The position numbers and the translations under genes are program-made. A stretch of DNA of 64,000 nt from IMG/VR virus record IMGVR_UViG_3300020179_000005, positions 124,001 through 188,000 of that record; one strand, written 5' to 3'. Each line of letters starts with the position of its first letter. The stretch's first letter is position 1. A model generated the notes under the pieces. That model searched no databases. It saw only the letters and a list, made by a program, of their open reading frames with translations, and was not told the origin of the DNA. Below, in pieces: positions 51,301 through 63,073 of this stretch.

Positions 51301-52186
51301 TTAAAGAAAATTTTTATAGATTGGTAAAGAATTTGAACTCTATTAATAAAGAAATATATACGATAATATTTGAGTCAGATTTTACCAATGATCAAAGTCA
51401 AAACAATGACTAGAAAGGTTGATTATGTCTGAGTTTTCGCGTCAGAATGACGATGATTTGTTTGATTACGATCCGTCTAAGGATAAACCAAAGGTATCAC
51501 ACGATTATATTTCTTCTTCTTCTAATTCAAAAGTATCTAATGAAGTTTATGATCAGATTACAAAAAGCATTGAAGAAAACGACGATGAAAATTATTTGAA
51601 GATCAACGGTTTGCGGATAAAATTTTCTCAGGCTATTTTGAATTCTTATGATTATTGGATATCGCCAATCGGCGCCATCTCGTCTTTTGTTACTATATCA
51701 CAAGTTCTTGATCAGTTAACTGGTGGAAGATTTTCCAGTTTATACCTTTACAATTATTTGGAAACCAGTATACTTAGACGCAAACATATTATATATCTTT
51801 TGAGTCAAACATTTGATCAAGTTTCTCGGAACAAAGACGACGACGATTCTTTTAGAGAGTTTTTGGCCAGACTTGATGTGAAGGTTTCTGATTCTTATCT
51901 TCCTACTTACGTAGGTACATTGGTAAGAATTTCCTCTCACATTCTTGCCAAGGACCGCGCAATGTATATCACATTGGCAAATAAACTTGATATTGTACCC
52001 AATGCGTCTGTACTAGAGTCTGTTTCTTCACCTAGCGAAGTGTACAACAATTCTCAACAGAACGTCAAAGCGGCTTCGGATTGTTTGTTGCAGGAAACAT
52101 TCAATAAATCAGTTGACATGGCTTTTGCTGAGAAGTTGAATAATTTGAATGGCACTCAAGTAGATTATCAGCTGCGTAGCATATGA
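48325..52186 (+). CDS. Run of small hypothetical genes, including 50598..51089 with CxxCxGxG repeats and 51419..52186
   Basis: Densely packed + strand ORFs with RBSs. Confidence 0.6.
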
Positions 52187-52614
52187 TAAAGTCTGTTGCC
52201 ATTCTTATTGTAACGGCAGTAGCAACAGCGGCTATAAATTATGCCTTGATGCCTACACCATTTGTGTTTTTTATAATACTTGTTCTTTTGGCTCATGAAT
52301 TTGGACATTATTTTATATCTTTATTGAACAGAGCAAGTCCTGACTTACCCTATATTATACCGTTACCATTAATTGCAATAGGAATAACAAGAGTACATAA
52401 TTTTCAAGAGCTCAAGCCAAATTCCCAAAAGTCCATACTTTTTGGTGGGCCTTTGTTTGGCGTAATTACAGCTATAAGTATATTTATATATCTCCTTACA
52501 AATCCAATCATTTCCCCACTTTATATGCTGATAATAGCATTGCTTGAGATCATTTTAAATTATTTCGGTTCTGACGGTTCAAGATACCGCAGAATATCTA
52601 ACAAGGAGTTATGA
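52183..52614 (+). CDS. Minimal M50/site-2-protease-like membrane metalloprotease
   Basis: HEFGH after a TM segment, GGP, LNYFGSDG (NxxPxxxxDG-like). Confidence 0.7.
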   Translation: MIKSVAILIVTAVATAAINYALMPTPFVFFIILVLLAHEFGHYFISLLNRASPDLPYIIPLPLIAIGITRVHNFQELKPNSQKSILFGGPLFGVITAISIFIYLLTNPIISPLYMLIIALLEIILNYFGSDGSRYRRISNKEL

Positions 52615-53321
52615 TGTACGCTATTTTTATTCCTATTTTGATAACTGGTTTGGTTTTAAGGATTTATAACAATAAACTTAAACATATGATCAACGTTCAA
52701 GAGGAACAAAATGACACAGTTAAACAGACAACAGAAGATAGACAGAATACAACAGTATCTTAATGATTGTTGTTTTGACATACAAGGAATTTCGAGTTCT
52801 CAATCTTTGATGAACACCGCTGAAGCACAGCTTGCAAGAATACTTACCAAAATAGTGGTCGGTGGTGCTTCTATTTGGTGGAGTGTTATGGAGTTGAGAC
52901 AGTTTTTGAAAATCAGAAAAACGCAGAAAGGGTTATAATGTCGTCTAACATAGAAAGTTTCAATTTTTCTTTTGCCATGGCTGCAAAAGCCAAGGATTCT
53001 TTGGAGGAGCAAGTTTCTAGCGTAGAGTCTAGGATAGAAAAGATAGTCGATCATTTTACGATAAATGACGCACCGATATTGAAGTTCATTCTCAATATGA
53101 ATCCTACCAGAGAAGACCTTAAAAAATTATCTAAAGCTTTAGATCGTTTGTCTGATTTGGTAGAAATTTATAATACATTGGATTCAAAGTTGTCGGTTAT
53201 CAATGCCGCAGAAAAGGATCCGAATTGGTTTGCTTTGGCTTTTGGTGATTTCAAAGAAGACATAGACAAAGGTATTGAGCAAATTCTAACAGAAGAATAA
53301 TTATAGATTGGATATAACATC

Positions 53322-54401
53322 ATGGACAAAGTGTCTTACTCATTTGTAAAGCAAGAAGATAGCATTGTCTTTCGTTCCAAGGTACAGGCATTCAACCTTG
53401 ATCATGTAACGGACAAAGACATTCGTTCTTTTTATTTGCAGTTTTCACAGTATGCTGCCTTTGATACTGGTTTGTTACCGTTGGACGGAACTGGTTTGCT
53501 TTGTGTTCGCAAAGCAGGCGAATACACACAGGTTGCCTACCAGTACAAACCAGGTAGTTATTATGTTAACTGGGGGACATACGAAAAGGATCCTGAAGCC
53601 AAAAAGTATCTTTTGGCGCAACCTTATCGAGTGGTTATAATAGATTTTAAGTCCAACAATTTGTTGGGTGCTAGAACGTTTTACACCACTACCCCTGTTA
53701 CGCATCCAGATGTCCAGTTGTATCATGTTAATCTTCCCAACATAAATTGCAGAGGGTACCGCGGCAATGGCGTTGGATGGATTTGTTTGTATCATAATAC
53801 CGATTGGAGTAGTCTGACGTTTAATGAGCGTTTGGCGCTTGCTTTGGAGCGTTGTTCCGGTTCTGAAGCATACAACGACAACAATATGTCGGAAACTGAC
53901 GGTCCGAGATTCTATCGAGACATGTACCAGAACGATGCTTCTTTTTCCTACATGTGGAATCCCAGCGTTTGGCAGAACAAAACATCTCAGGACGGTTATG
54001 AGTGGACTTTGTTTGCCCCGTGGATTCCTGTTGTAGTTGAGGGTCTCGACCGGCAGGCAGCACATTCAACTTCTTCTGAAGCTGTTCCGCTTACATTTTC
54101 AATGGCTTTGACTGGTACATACAAATCTTATTACACTGATAAGATGCCATTGAAACCCATAAATGCATTGCAGCGCAATGGAGAGAGCGTAATTACCGAT
54201 ATTACCAACTATTTTGTACAGTCTTACAATAATTCTTCAACACAGTATGTTGGTAGGGACATAATGGAGGATAGTAAGAAGTTTAGAGACTCTAGAAAAG
54301 AAGTTAACCAAGGTCAGTTGTTTGAAGAGTCTGAGTCCGAAGAAGATGAAGATCATGATGATGACGACCATGATCAAGGGGGAGAAGAAGGTCCTTTTTA
54401 G
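53322..54401 (+). CDS. Prokaryotic E2-like protein (E2 family D / PRTRC protein B-like)
   Basis: LAQPYRVVI…LYHVNLPNI…GWICL; context next to JAB/E1/Ubl. Confidence 0.65.
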   Translation: MDKVSYSFVKQEDSIVFRSKVQAFNLDHVTDKDIRSFYLQFSQYAAFDTGLLPLDGTGLLCVRKAGEYTQVAYQYKPGSYYVNWGTYEKDPEAKKYLLAQPYRVVIIDFKSNNLLGARTFYTTTPVTHPDVQLYHVNLPNINCRGYRGNGVGWICLYHNTDWSSLTFNERLALALERCSGSEAYNDNNMSETDGPRFYRDMYQNDASFSYMWNPSVWQNKTSQDGYEWTLFAPWIPVVVEGLDRQAAHSTSSEAVPLTFSMALTGTYKSYYTDKMPLKPINALQRNGESVITDITNYFVQSYNNSSTQYVGRDIMEDSKKFRDSRKEVNQGQLFEESESEEDEDHDDDDHDQGGEEGPF

Positions 54402-54502
54402 ATATAAATTCTAAAGAGACTTTCGATGGTGTACCACTTACAATACTGGCTCAAGACTACATAACTGGCAGTATTGATACTGTTGATTTTGACAATACTA
54501 CA

Positions 54503-55288
54503 TTGGTCTATTCCAATACTACTGGATTTTGGTATTCTAAAGATGGGGATTACTTGGCTGTTTGTTCAAATTGCGGTCAAGTACATTTTTGTTTTGAAGA
54601 AAATTATAATAAGTCTAATCCGTATGAAAGTTTTAATATTTGGTACCAAAATCAAGAGGCTTTCAATAATTTTTCTGATATGCCTGTTGTTATTTGTAGT
54701 ACTTGTAAAAAAGATTACATAGATGATATTTCAAAATGTAAATTATGTCTTGTTGATATACCTCCAAAAGAACATTATTCTCATGTTCACGAATTTAAAG
54801 ATACTAATCATTGTAAACATCTTATTTGTAATTCTTGTTCTAGTACTCATTGGTATCACCCTATGATGTGTCTGTGTGGCGAAGCAGTTTCAGAAGTTGA
54901 CATGTATCAAATCAAACCGATAGTTATAGATGAAATAACTAGCACGCATCATTCAGACGCATTCTTTGCTTTGAAGGATAGGCTTCAACTAGAGCATACC
55001 GATAGTGTTTATCTTTATGCTACTAAGATTTGTTCTTCTTGTTATTCAGAAAATCCATTTGATTATAATAAATTTATAAATAAGATATCAACTAATATTA
55101 ATATAGAAAGTTTGTCTTGTGTTGCTGATTCTTTGGGTGATATCGAGACAAAATATATACAATTGGTTGAGACTTACTACAAAAAGCCTACAGACGATGA
55201 TGTTGAAGTGTTAGTGCCTGCAATTTATTTACAGGCTCAAATCAAAAGTCACGGCTATGTAGGATATTTCTCTAAAGAAATAGTTTAA
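54503..55288 (+). CDS. Cys-rich multi-zinc-finger protein
   Basis: Several CxxC pairs; start uncertain. Confidence 0.6.
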   Translation: MVYSNTTGFWYSKDGDYLAVCSNCGQVHFCFEENYNKSNPYESFNIWYQNQEAFNNFSDMPVVICSTCKKDYIDDISKCKLCLVDIPPKEHYSHVHEFKDTNHCKHLICNSCSSTHWYHPMMCLCGEAVSEVDMYQIKPIVIDEITSTHHSDAFFALKDRLQLEHTDSVYLYATKICSSCYSENPFDYNKFINKISTNINIESLSCVADSLGDIETKYIQLVETYYKKPTDDDVEVLVPAIYLQAQIKSHGYVGYFSKEIV

Positions 55289-55316
55289 TTAAATAACAAA
55301 TTGAGGAGGATATGAT

Positions 55317-57089
55317 ATGACAGTACCACAACTGAATGACCTGAAGCATTTTTGGATGCCTTCAGGTGTTCCATGTTTTATCGCAGATCGTCAAGACATA
55401 TGCGATGTCGTGGAGAATATGGGTTTTCAAATATATTATTTGCTTTCGAACCACAAAACCGAAACCAAGTCGGTCACAAATAGTACTCCTTCTGCGTCGC
55501 CGCATAATTATGGTTATACCACTTATGGAAATTCAACCGTTACGTCGATAAAGATAGAAAAGAAGCCTAGACTTTTCAAGGTCGTAAACAATTACGTAGG
55601 TAGGGTAGTTGCGGTAAGTAATGACGAGTTTCCTGCTGAATTCATTGACATTGAAGACGAATGTACTTATAGCATGCCCCTCATTCCCATTGATGTTGTC
55701 AATAAGCTGGATGAGTTCTTTAGGCTTGTACACTCACAGCACGGTACGGAATCAATCGTTATACTTACATACGATACTACCAAGACCGGACCAGCAGGTT
55801 GGGGTGTTCTGGTTCCGGAACAAACAAACACCGCAGCCCATTGCAAGTATGATGCCGACAGCATCGTTGCATTAAAGCCCGAGAACGTCATGATTGTTGG
55901 TTCGGTACATTCGCACCCGGATATGCCTGCCTATGCTTCAGGCACAGATCATGACGATCAAGCTGATTTTGATGGTTTACACATAACCTATGGTTGGCAA
56001 AAGAATGTAAACAATGGTGCCACACAGTATTATGCCGAGTTACAAATGGCAGGCACAGGATACAAACTTGACATGGAAGATGTTTTTGAAACTGTAACGG
56101 TGCAGAAAGATCCTGATCCTGAAGTTGTGGAGTGGTCCACTAAAGTAAAAAAAGCCTACCCCCCCTACCAGGGGGGATACAACACCATTCAAAATGGTCG
56201 GCACACGCAAACAACTCAAACGACGACACCACAACAGCAGCCTGGGCTTCAGACTGGGAAGGCGGTTGGGGGATCTAGAACTCCTTTGAAGCAGGCCAGA
56301 TTTCTGGAAAAGTACGAGGATATGCTGGCAGCTTATCATATGCCGTACAACGCCGTTCTGGCTATTGAGGCAGAGCTTGATGAGCGGAACAGAGGACATT
56401 GTCTTGTGTGCGAAACCGAGATTAATATCTCCGATGTAAGAATCGGTTTGTGTCCCACATGCGAAGTTCCCCTTGTTCATCCAGAAGACCATATGTCTAC
56501 GATTGTTGAAAAGGTAGAGTCTTATTTGATCGACAATTATTTGCCGTATACTACTCCCGTTTATTTGTATTCGTTTACGGATGATAATCTTCCAAGCATA
56601 ATGAATATCAGTGACGAATTGAGATATTATACGGGTACGGCAATGAAGCCTATCGTTCAGAATTCTACCGTCAAAAAGGCGGATGTTTCTGACCTGTCTG
56701 ATTATGTTCATTTGCCAACACATACAGAGGACGTAATACCCATAGACAGTGCTTTCAGCTCTGGACATACTGCTTGTTGTGGTGTAAGGATAGAGAATGC
56801 TGAAGCTGATTGCGTTTGTGCCGTGAGACTGATGCCCGATGATGTTGTGGATTTTGATAGTTATTTGGCTGAAAATGCTGATATATATGTTCCGAATTCT
56901 CCATGCCATGATTGTACCCATTTTTATTCCATCAAATGCCCTGCGTTTAGAGAGCTTTTGACAGAATGGGTAAGGTCTAAAGATAGTTTCAACATTATTC
57001 TTTACACACATTCCGTCAATGGTTGCAGCAATTATGAACATTATGCAAATTCTTTTGCTGAAATTCAATATAATGACGAAATTAGATAG
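55317..57089 (+). CDS. JAB/MPN+ metallo-isopeptidase with Cys-rich C-terminal region
   Basis: GTES (Glu), VHSHPDMPAYASGTD (HxH-x7-S-x2-D). Confidence 0.85.
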   Translation: MTVPQLNDLKHFWMPSGVPCFIADRQDICDVVENMGFQIYYLLSNHKTETKSVTNSTPSASPHNYGYTTYGNSTVTSIKIEKKPRLFKVVNNYVGRVVAVSNDEFPAEFIDIEDECTYSMPLIPIDVVNKLDEFFRLVHSQHGTESIVILTYDTTKTGPAGWGVLVPEQTNTAAHCKYDADSIVALKPENVMIVGSVHSHPDMPAYASGTDHDDQADFDGLHITYGWQKNVNNGATQYYAELQMAGTGYKLDMEDVFETVTVQKDPDPEVVEWSTKVKKAYPPYQGGYNTIQNGRHTQTTQTTTPQQQPGLQTGKAVGGSRTPLKQARFLEKYEDMLAAYHMPYNAVLAIEAELDERNRGHCLVCETEINISDVRIGLCPTCEVPLVHPEDHMSTIVEKVESYLIDNYLPYTTPVYLYSFTDDNLPSIMNISDELRYYTGTAMKPIVQNSTVKKADVSDLSDYVHLPTHTEDVIPIDSAFSSGHTACCGVRIENAEADCVCAVRLMPDDVVDFDSYLAENADIYVPNSPCHDCTHFYSIKCPAFRELLTEWVRSKDSFNIILYTHSVNGCSNYEHYANSFAEIQYNDEIR

Positions 57090-57092
57090 AAG

Positions 57093-57860
57093 GTGGATAA
57101 AATGCAATCAAAAAGATTTGTTATCGTAGGTACAGGCGGCATAGGCACGTGGCTTGCTGCTGGTCTTGTACGTCTTTTGGAATGGAAAATGCCTGGTTCT
57201 GGTTTGATTCTCGTAGACGGAGACAACTACGAAGAGAAGAACAAGGAGCGCCAGGATTTTACAAAGTTAGGCAACAAGGCTGTTGTGAAAGCGGCCGAGT
57301 TGACGCCTCAGTTTCCCAAGACCACGATCATACCGGTACCAAAGTGGGTCGTGTCTGACGACAACACTGGAGTTTCCGCTGATAGTGATTCTCCCAGAAT
57401 TAAGGCTTCCGACTTGTTGATTGACGGCGACGTTGTTTTTGCTGTCGTCGATAATTTTGCTGCTCGCAAGATACTTTTCGACGCCGCTGCAAAACTTATA
57501 AACGTCGATGTATTCACAGGCGGTAACGACGATGCTTTGTTCGGTTCCATCTATCATTACCAAAGAAGAGATGGCAAGAACATAACTGAACATCCTGTCG
57601 TTTTTCATCCTGAATATGAAAATCCTCCTGACAAAAATCCAGGCGAACTTTCTTGTCAGGAAAGATCTAAGCTTGAGGGCGGTACGCAATTATTGGCTAC
57701 CAATATGGCGGTGGCCGCATTCATACTTGGTAGGGTTCATAAGACCATTGTTCTAGATCAAAGTCCCGAAGAAACCGAAATCTATTTTGATTTGGGTTTG
57801 GGAAAATCTGAGCCCTACAACAGAATGGTTTCGCAGGTCAATCAACCTGCGATGGTATAA
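57093..57860 (+). CDS. ThiF/E1-like activating enzyme
   Basis: VGTGGIG, DGDNYEEKNKERQ, VDNFAARK, SCQE catalytic Cys, LATN. Confidence 0.9.
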   Translation: MDKMQSKRFVIVGTGGIGTWLAAGLVRLLEWKMPGSGLILVDGDNYEEKNKERQDFTKLGNKAVVKAAELTPQFPKTTIIPVPKWVVSDDNTGVSADSDSPRIKASDLLIDGDVVFAVVDNFAARKILFDAAAKLINVDVFTGGNDDALFGSIYHYQRRDGKNITEHPVVFHPEYENPPDKNPGELSCQERSKLEGGTQLLATNMAVAAFILGRVHKTIVLDQSPEETEIYFDLGLGKSEPYNRMVSQVNQPAMV

Positions 57861-57885
57861 AACAACAACACAATAGGAGAATAAA

Positions 57886-58137
57886 ATGGATCAGTCAGCA
57901 TCGCAGAATCAACCTTCTGCATCGCAAGGTATTGCCAATGTTCGCTTTGGTGTATACAATCAGCCAAGCAACATTGGAGGTAAAACAGTTTCTCAGGCAA
58001 GAGAGCAGTTTTCTCGACTGTGGGGCATTCCCACGGACGCTGTTGCCTACAAAGGCAAGGACAAACTTGATGAAAACTATGTCATCCAGCCAGGCGACAA
58101 CGTGGAGTTCCACCGTCGCGCAGGCGAGAAGGGCTGA
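57886..58137 (+). CDS. Ubiquitin-like (beta-grasp) protein ending GEKG
   Basis: GKTVSQAR…IP…YVIQPGDNVEF…AGEKG; directly follows E1. Confidence 0.8.
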   Translation: MDQSASQNQPSASQGIANVRFGVYNQPSNIGGKTVSQAREQFSRLWGIPTDAVAYKGKDKLDENYVIQPGDNVEFHRRAGEKG

Positions 58138-58236
58138 TATAGTTCAAGGTTTGAGTGGGGGGGACCATAACCTTTCAAATGGTTTCCCCCACTCTTATAT
58201 AAAGGCGATATTTAATACAATAGAAAGCAGTATTTT

Positions 58237-59835
58237 ATGTTAAACGAAATAAAGATTGGTTATCCTGCTTTATGGATAAAAACCACTGAGTATTCTAGGG
58301 TTATTAGTAATATCGTGTCTTTTGATTTCAGAGACTATTATATGATAGATCCACAGCAAGGGTTTTCCAAGTACGTTGATTCAGATTGGAAACCGGTGCT
58401 CGTAGAATTTACTGACGAATCAGGCACAGTCGCTCATGTTCACACTTATGATTTATCTATTGCCGTAAATCATATAAAGAATAATACCGTTTCTGGAGGC
58501 AAGGCGCCTACGTTTTTGCTTCCCATACATGGCAAGCCAGAGGTTAATTTGTTTAGGTACGTGCCTATGGTGTATCAACTTGTTGAAAAGTATCGCAAGT
58601 CCTTTTGGACCGACACCATGTATGAAGAAATGCAGTTCATATTTCTTTCCGCTTTCGATGTGCCTGTTGATTATCCCAACCTTTTCAAAGTCATAGGTCA
58701 TGGAGTTCCCACTTCCGAAGAGTTGTTCCACATTGTGGATCATATTAATGTGTCTTCACATGGTCGTTTTGTTAATCCAGAAACCGTAAAAGATCTCGTA
58801 AAATCTGGCATTGGTCTAACGGAAACTGATTTCATCGATTATTGTTTGACTTCAATAGTCGACAACGGTCTTTTGGATCCAAAGTACATATACGAGAGAA
58901 AGATGGCCACCGTTAAACAAAAGGGCATTCTTGAGATCATAAAGCCTCGGTTGACATTTGCCGAAATCGGTGGTCTTGATAACATCAAGAACATAATCAA
59001 ACGTACCGCTTTCCTTAGGAACAATAGACAGAAAGCTGAGTCTTTTGGTGTGTCTCCAATCAGAAGAATATTGATGGTTGGTGTCCCCGGCACTGGCAAG
59101 TCGGCCATCTGTCAAGCTACCGCTAGTGAACTTGGGCTTGATCTTGCCAGAACCGGCATCAGCCAAGTCATGAATTCTTTTGTTGGTCAGTCAGAAGCCA
59201 ACATGCGTGCGGTGTTTAATCAGATTAGAGCTATGACGCCTTTGTGCGTTTGGATTGACGAGTTTGGTCGTGATCTTTCTGGTGGTTCGAGTTCGTCACA
59301 AGTTGACGCCGGTACCACAGATCGTGTCCATGGCGAGTTCTTAACTGGATTACAGGAATTACCAGAAGATACATTTTTGATGTGTGCCGCAAATCAACTT
59401 GATAATTTGCGACCAGAGATGCTTCGCGCTGATCGTTTCGACAAGATAGTGTTCGTTGGTTTGCCATCTTACAGTGAGCGTGTAGAGATACTAAAGATAT
59501 ATTTGTCTGGTATAGATACCGATCACGAGTACGATTATGATGCCCTTGCAAGAGTAACCGAAAATTTCACCGGTGCAGAGATTTCTGCTTTGATTAAAGA
59601 AGTCAAGTTCTTTGTTGTTGCCGATGAATTTCGTGCAATCAACACCCAGGACATTATGGCTCATGCCCCTAATGTTAAGAACATAATTTGGAATAAACAT
59701 AGAGATATGATAAAATCAATGTACAGTTATGCCTTGGCACAATGGGATTGGGCTTCTTCTGAACAACAGATCGATGCACAAAACGTACTATCTGGTCGTA
59801 CCGTTGATCAGCCGCAGGTTACTTGGAAAATATAA
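58237..59835 (+). CDS. AAA+ ATPase (Ycf46/CDC48-like)
   Basis: IGGLDNIK, GVPGTGKS, WIDEF, AAN, PEMLRADRFD, FTGAEI. Confidence 0.9.
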   Translation: MLNEIKIGYPALWIKTTEYSRVISNIVSFDFRDYYMIDPQQGFSKYVDSDWKPVLVEFTDESGTVAHVHTYDLSIAVNHIKNNTVSGGKAPTFLLPIHGKPEVNLFRYVPMVYQLVEKYRKSFWTDTMYEEMQFIFLSAFDVPVDYPNLFKVIGHGVPTSEELFHIVDHINVSSHGRFVNPETVKDLVKSGIGLTETDFIDYCLTSIVDNGLLDPKYIYERKMATVKQKGILEIIKPRLTFAEIGGLDNIKNIIKRTAFLRNNRQKAESFGVSPIRRILMVGVPGTGKSAICQATASELGLDLARTGISQVMNSFVGQSEANMRAVFNQIRAMTPLCVWIDEFGRDLSGGSSSSQVDAGTTDRVHGEFLTGLQELPEDTFLMCAANQLDNLRPEMLRADRFDKIVFVGLPSYSERVEILKIYLSGIDTDHEYDYDALARVTENFTGAEISALIKEVKFFVVADEFRAINTQDIMAHAPNVKNIIWNKHRDMIKSMYSYALAQWDWASSEQQIDAQNVLSGRTVDQPQVTWKI

Positions 59836-59843
59836 GGAGACAT

Positions 59844-62800
59844 ATGTCAGACATGGATCAAATAGAATATCAGATGTCTCAGACTGCTGAGCCTGTTGTA
59901 TCTGATATCTTACAGAAAGATTACGAGAAAGATCTTTACAAGAAATGGTTTAGGTCTAAAACTCAAAGTGGATTTTTGTCCATAAGGCCTTGGTATCAAG
60001 GTCTTAAGTTTAAGCTGGACATAGGTAAAACTTCGCCCGATGGCAAACTCATTTCTAGCACGATGGTATATTTAGATGCCATAGATTTTTCTGGTTATTT
60101 AAATTCTATTGCTATTGGTATAGGAAGCATAAATTTTCCCGCAAACAGCAAAACCGGTATTCCAACCGATGAAGGTTTTGTTTCTTACGGTGGAGGCATA
60201 ATAGAGTCAAAACCTATTTCTAGGATTTTCAAGTCTCATTATTGGCAGAATTCCGATAATAGTTTTGATTCTTCTGCGTTTGTTTGGAAGTGCGGTCATT
60301 TTGCTGCTAGAAAAACTGAGTCAGGTGCATTCATCCCGGACATGAAATCTTCTTTGTCCGTTGATAGCATAAAGGTTACTAGATCAGAAATAGTCAGCAT
60401 CTCTCATATGTTGAATCTTTCGTTGATATCTCACGTGGCAAACAAATCAGATTGGTATGCCGTATGACCGAACAGGGAAATTATGATACTGACTTTTCTA
60501 CCATACAAATTGCAATTGATAATATGTTGAACGTTCTCGCCAAAGAAGTCACTTCGGTTCAAAAGGATATCGAACAGAGAGTAGAAGCAGTCGAAAAACA
60601 GATTGCTACTTTAGTTTTGGCGTACGGCGAACAGGCTGTTTTTATGGAAGCTTTGATAGGTCAGATAGCTTTTTCTACCGTTGAAGCCCAAAAGTCTTTT
60701 CGTGATACTTTGAAAGAGGCAAGAAAGTCTATGTTGGAGGTAATGCAGGATGGAACACAATCTTTTGTGGCAGACGGCGACAAAAAAATTGGACAAGCCA
60801 TTGCAGACGTGGTTGCAGAAAAGCTATCTGACCTTGGTCAATGATCACGAATGCGTACTGTTTCTAGATAGATACAATCACGTTTTGTTAAATCATTTAA
60901 GTTATCTTTCTGAAATATACGCTTGTGTTAAAACTGTTTATCCGGAGTTTAGATCTTTGCATTTGGCTAATACTTCGTTTTTAGATTATCTTAAATCTCA
61001 AAAAATCGAACTTTATTCATTGGAGGCGTTATGATGGATATACATTCTCATATTAAGTCAGTTGATCATTTTGATCAAGTTTGGAATAAGAAGGTATCTT
61101 TGTTTAGTAAACATTTTGAGAATCGACCCGTTGTTGCTTGTCTTTATGATTTCAACATTACTTTCTTTTTGCGGGCTTTGGCTGATTCAATGATTGGTGT
61201 ATCTGATCAGATACCTCAGTCTGATATAAATACACACGAAGCATATTGTAAAATGAATTTAGAAGCTTTTATGAATTGTCGTGATGTTGCGTTTAATTTT
61301 TACATGAGGTATCAACCAAGAAAGAAACCTGTTACTCAAAAGCGGTTAGATGCTTTTAATGTTTCGTATCAATCTCTTACTGCCGCGCAGAAGAAGGCTG
61401 TGGTTTTACCTTATTTTTTCAATGATTTTTTTAATATTATTTTTGGTTCTTTTTATCCTTCGGTTCGTATTTCTTTGTTAAGTTTTATGTTTAAGAATAA
61501 AATAATTGTTCCGGATAAGTCGAATAAGTTTGTAACAATTGTTCCTTACGATCCGAGTAACGAGCATATATTCACCATGAATAAATCTTCTACTTCCCTT
61601 GCGTATGACACGATGCTTTCTGATTCTAAAGATGTTTTTGATGTACTTAAGTCCATGCAGTCATACATTGAGAACCTAATTAAGGATAACAATTTTGTTC
61701 AAAACAGTTACGAATCTTTGTTGAAAAAAATGGAATTGCAAGATAAACAGGGAATTAATGGTTATTTAATGACTTGGCATTAAGGAGAATGTTATGGATA
61801 ACGATAGCAGTGTTGCCGAAGCAAGTTTATTGGATTACGCTTTTATAGGTAAACCTCAGATAAATTTAGATGAGGTGACTTATTTGAAACTGGAGATTCC
61901 TTGTTCTCCCAGTGTCGATACAGGAGAACCGGCGGGGAACTTGCTTATACAATTAAATTCTGTTATGAATTTTTATGTGTATCCAATAAATCCTAATTAT
62001 GTTAATAGTGCCGCGGAGTTGGATGAGGGTCATTCTATTGACGAAATTATCATATTTGATTTATTTAATACCGGTAGTTTTTATATTTCCAAAGCTAATA
62101 TAATGAATGGAATTAAGTCTAATTCATTACCTTTGTATGTCCATATCAATAATGTTTGGAAATCTTCTCCGTTGATTAACACTGAATATCCACATGGATT
62201 TGTATACGCAGTCCAGATATCTTTTAGTGATCCATTTCAGGCTGATTATACGTTGAATTTTAAGCGTCACATATCTGAATTTTATGATGGCTGGGAAATT
62301 ATGATAGGGCATATGTTTTATGTAGGCTCTATGAAAAATTTTGTCGTATCCAGTGATCAATCTAAGAATTTATCAGATAAACTTAGTAATGATATTGAGA
62401 AACTCACTAAGGCAATCAAGAAGATGAAGACAACAAATTTGTCGCCGAATAAGACTAAAGGTCATGAAGCATTTAGTGTTTTTAATAGTAAGGGTCAAAG
62501 TAACGCACCAATATTTCATACCGATATAATATTAGAGGAGGAAGAGTCCATGTCGCAGTTTTCAATATGTTCTTATTTTAGCTTGAAAACTCAAAACGTA
62601 GATATAGTCAGCAAGGATTATGCTTATGCAAATCGTCCGGAAAACATTTGCATTTGTACGCATTCTGCTTTATCTAAGCCTGACAAAGCATCTTATTGTG
62701 GCTTTGGTTTGACTCCAAACCAAACTATCTGTCCTTATTATAAGTCTAGTTCTGTGCTACGAAAGAAGTACACTTCTAAGGGTAAAGGATCATTATCTTT

Positions 62801-63059
62801 TGATCTTTATGAGCATACAGATTACAAGGGAAATAAGGTTTTTAATTTGATCAATCCTGAAAATGATCAGGTGTCTTATACTTTGGTTCCTCCCGTAGAC
62901 GCACCTTATGATCAAGTAGTTTCTGAAATTGATTCTGTGGTCAATGAGGTTGTTTCTTCTTGTCCAGAGGAAGTGTCTTCCACGTTGGTTTCTCTTGAAG
63001 TGCCTCCTTCTACTGAGACACCCGTTGAGAAGAAAAGCTTTATATTGTCTCTTATATAG
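59844..63059 (+). CDS. Run of hypothetical genes (~59844..60467, ~60464..60844, 61031..61783, 61794..63059)
   Basis: Contiguous + strand ORFs. Confidence 0.6.
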
Positions 63060-63073
63060 TGAGAGGAGTTTTT

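Noticed and set aside
56040-57107. 355-aa minus-strand ORF and the other antisense ORFs in the track
   Set aside because: They are shadows of well-supported + strand genes, with no motifs or RBS.
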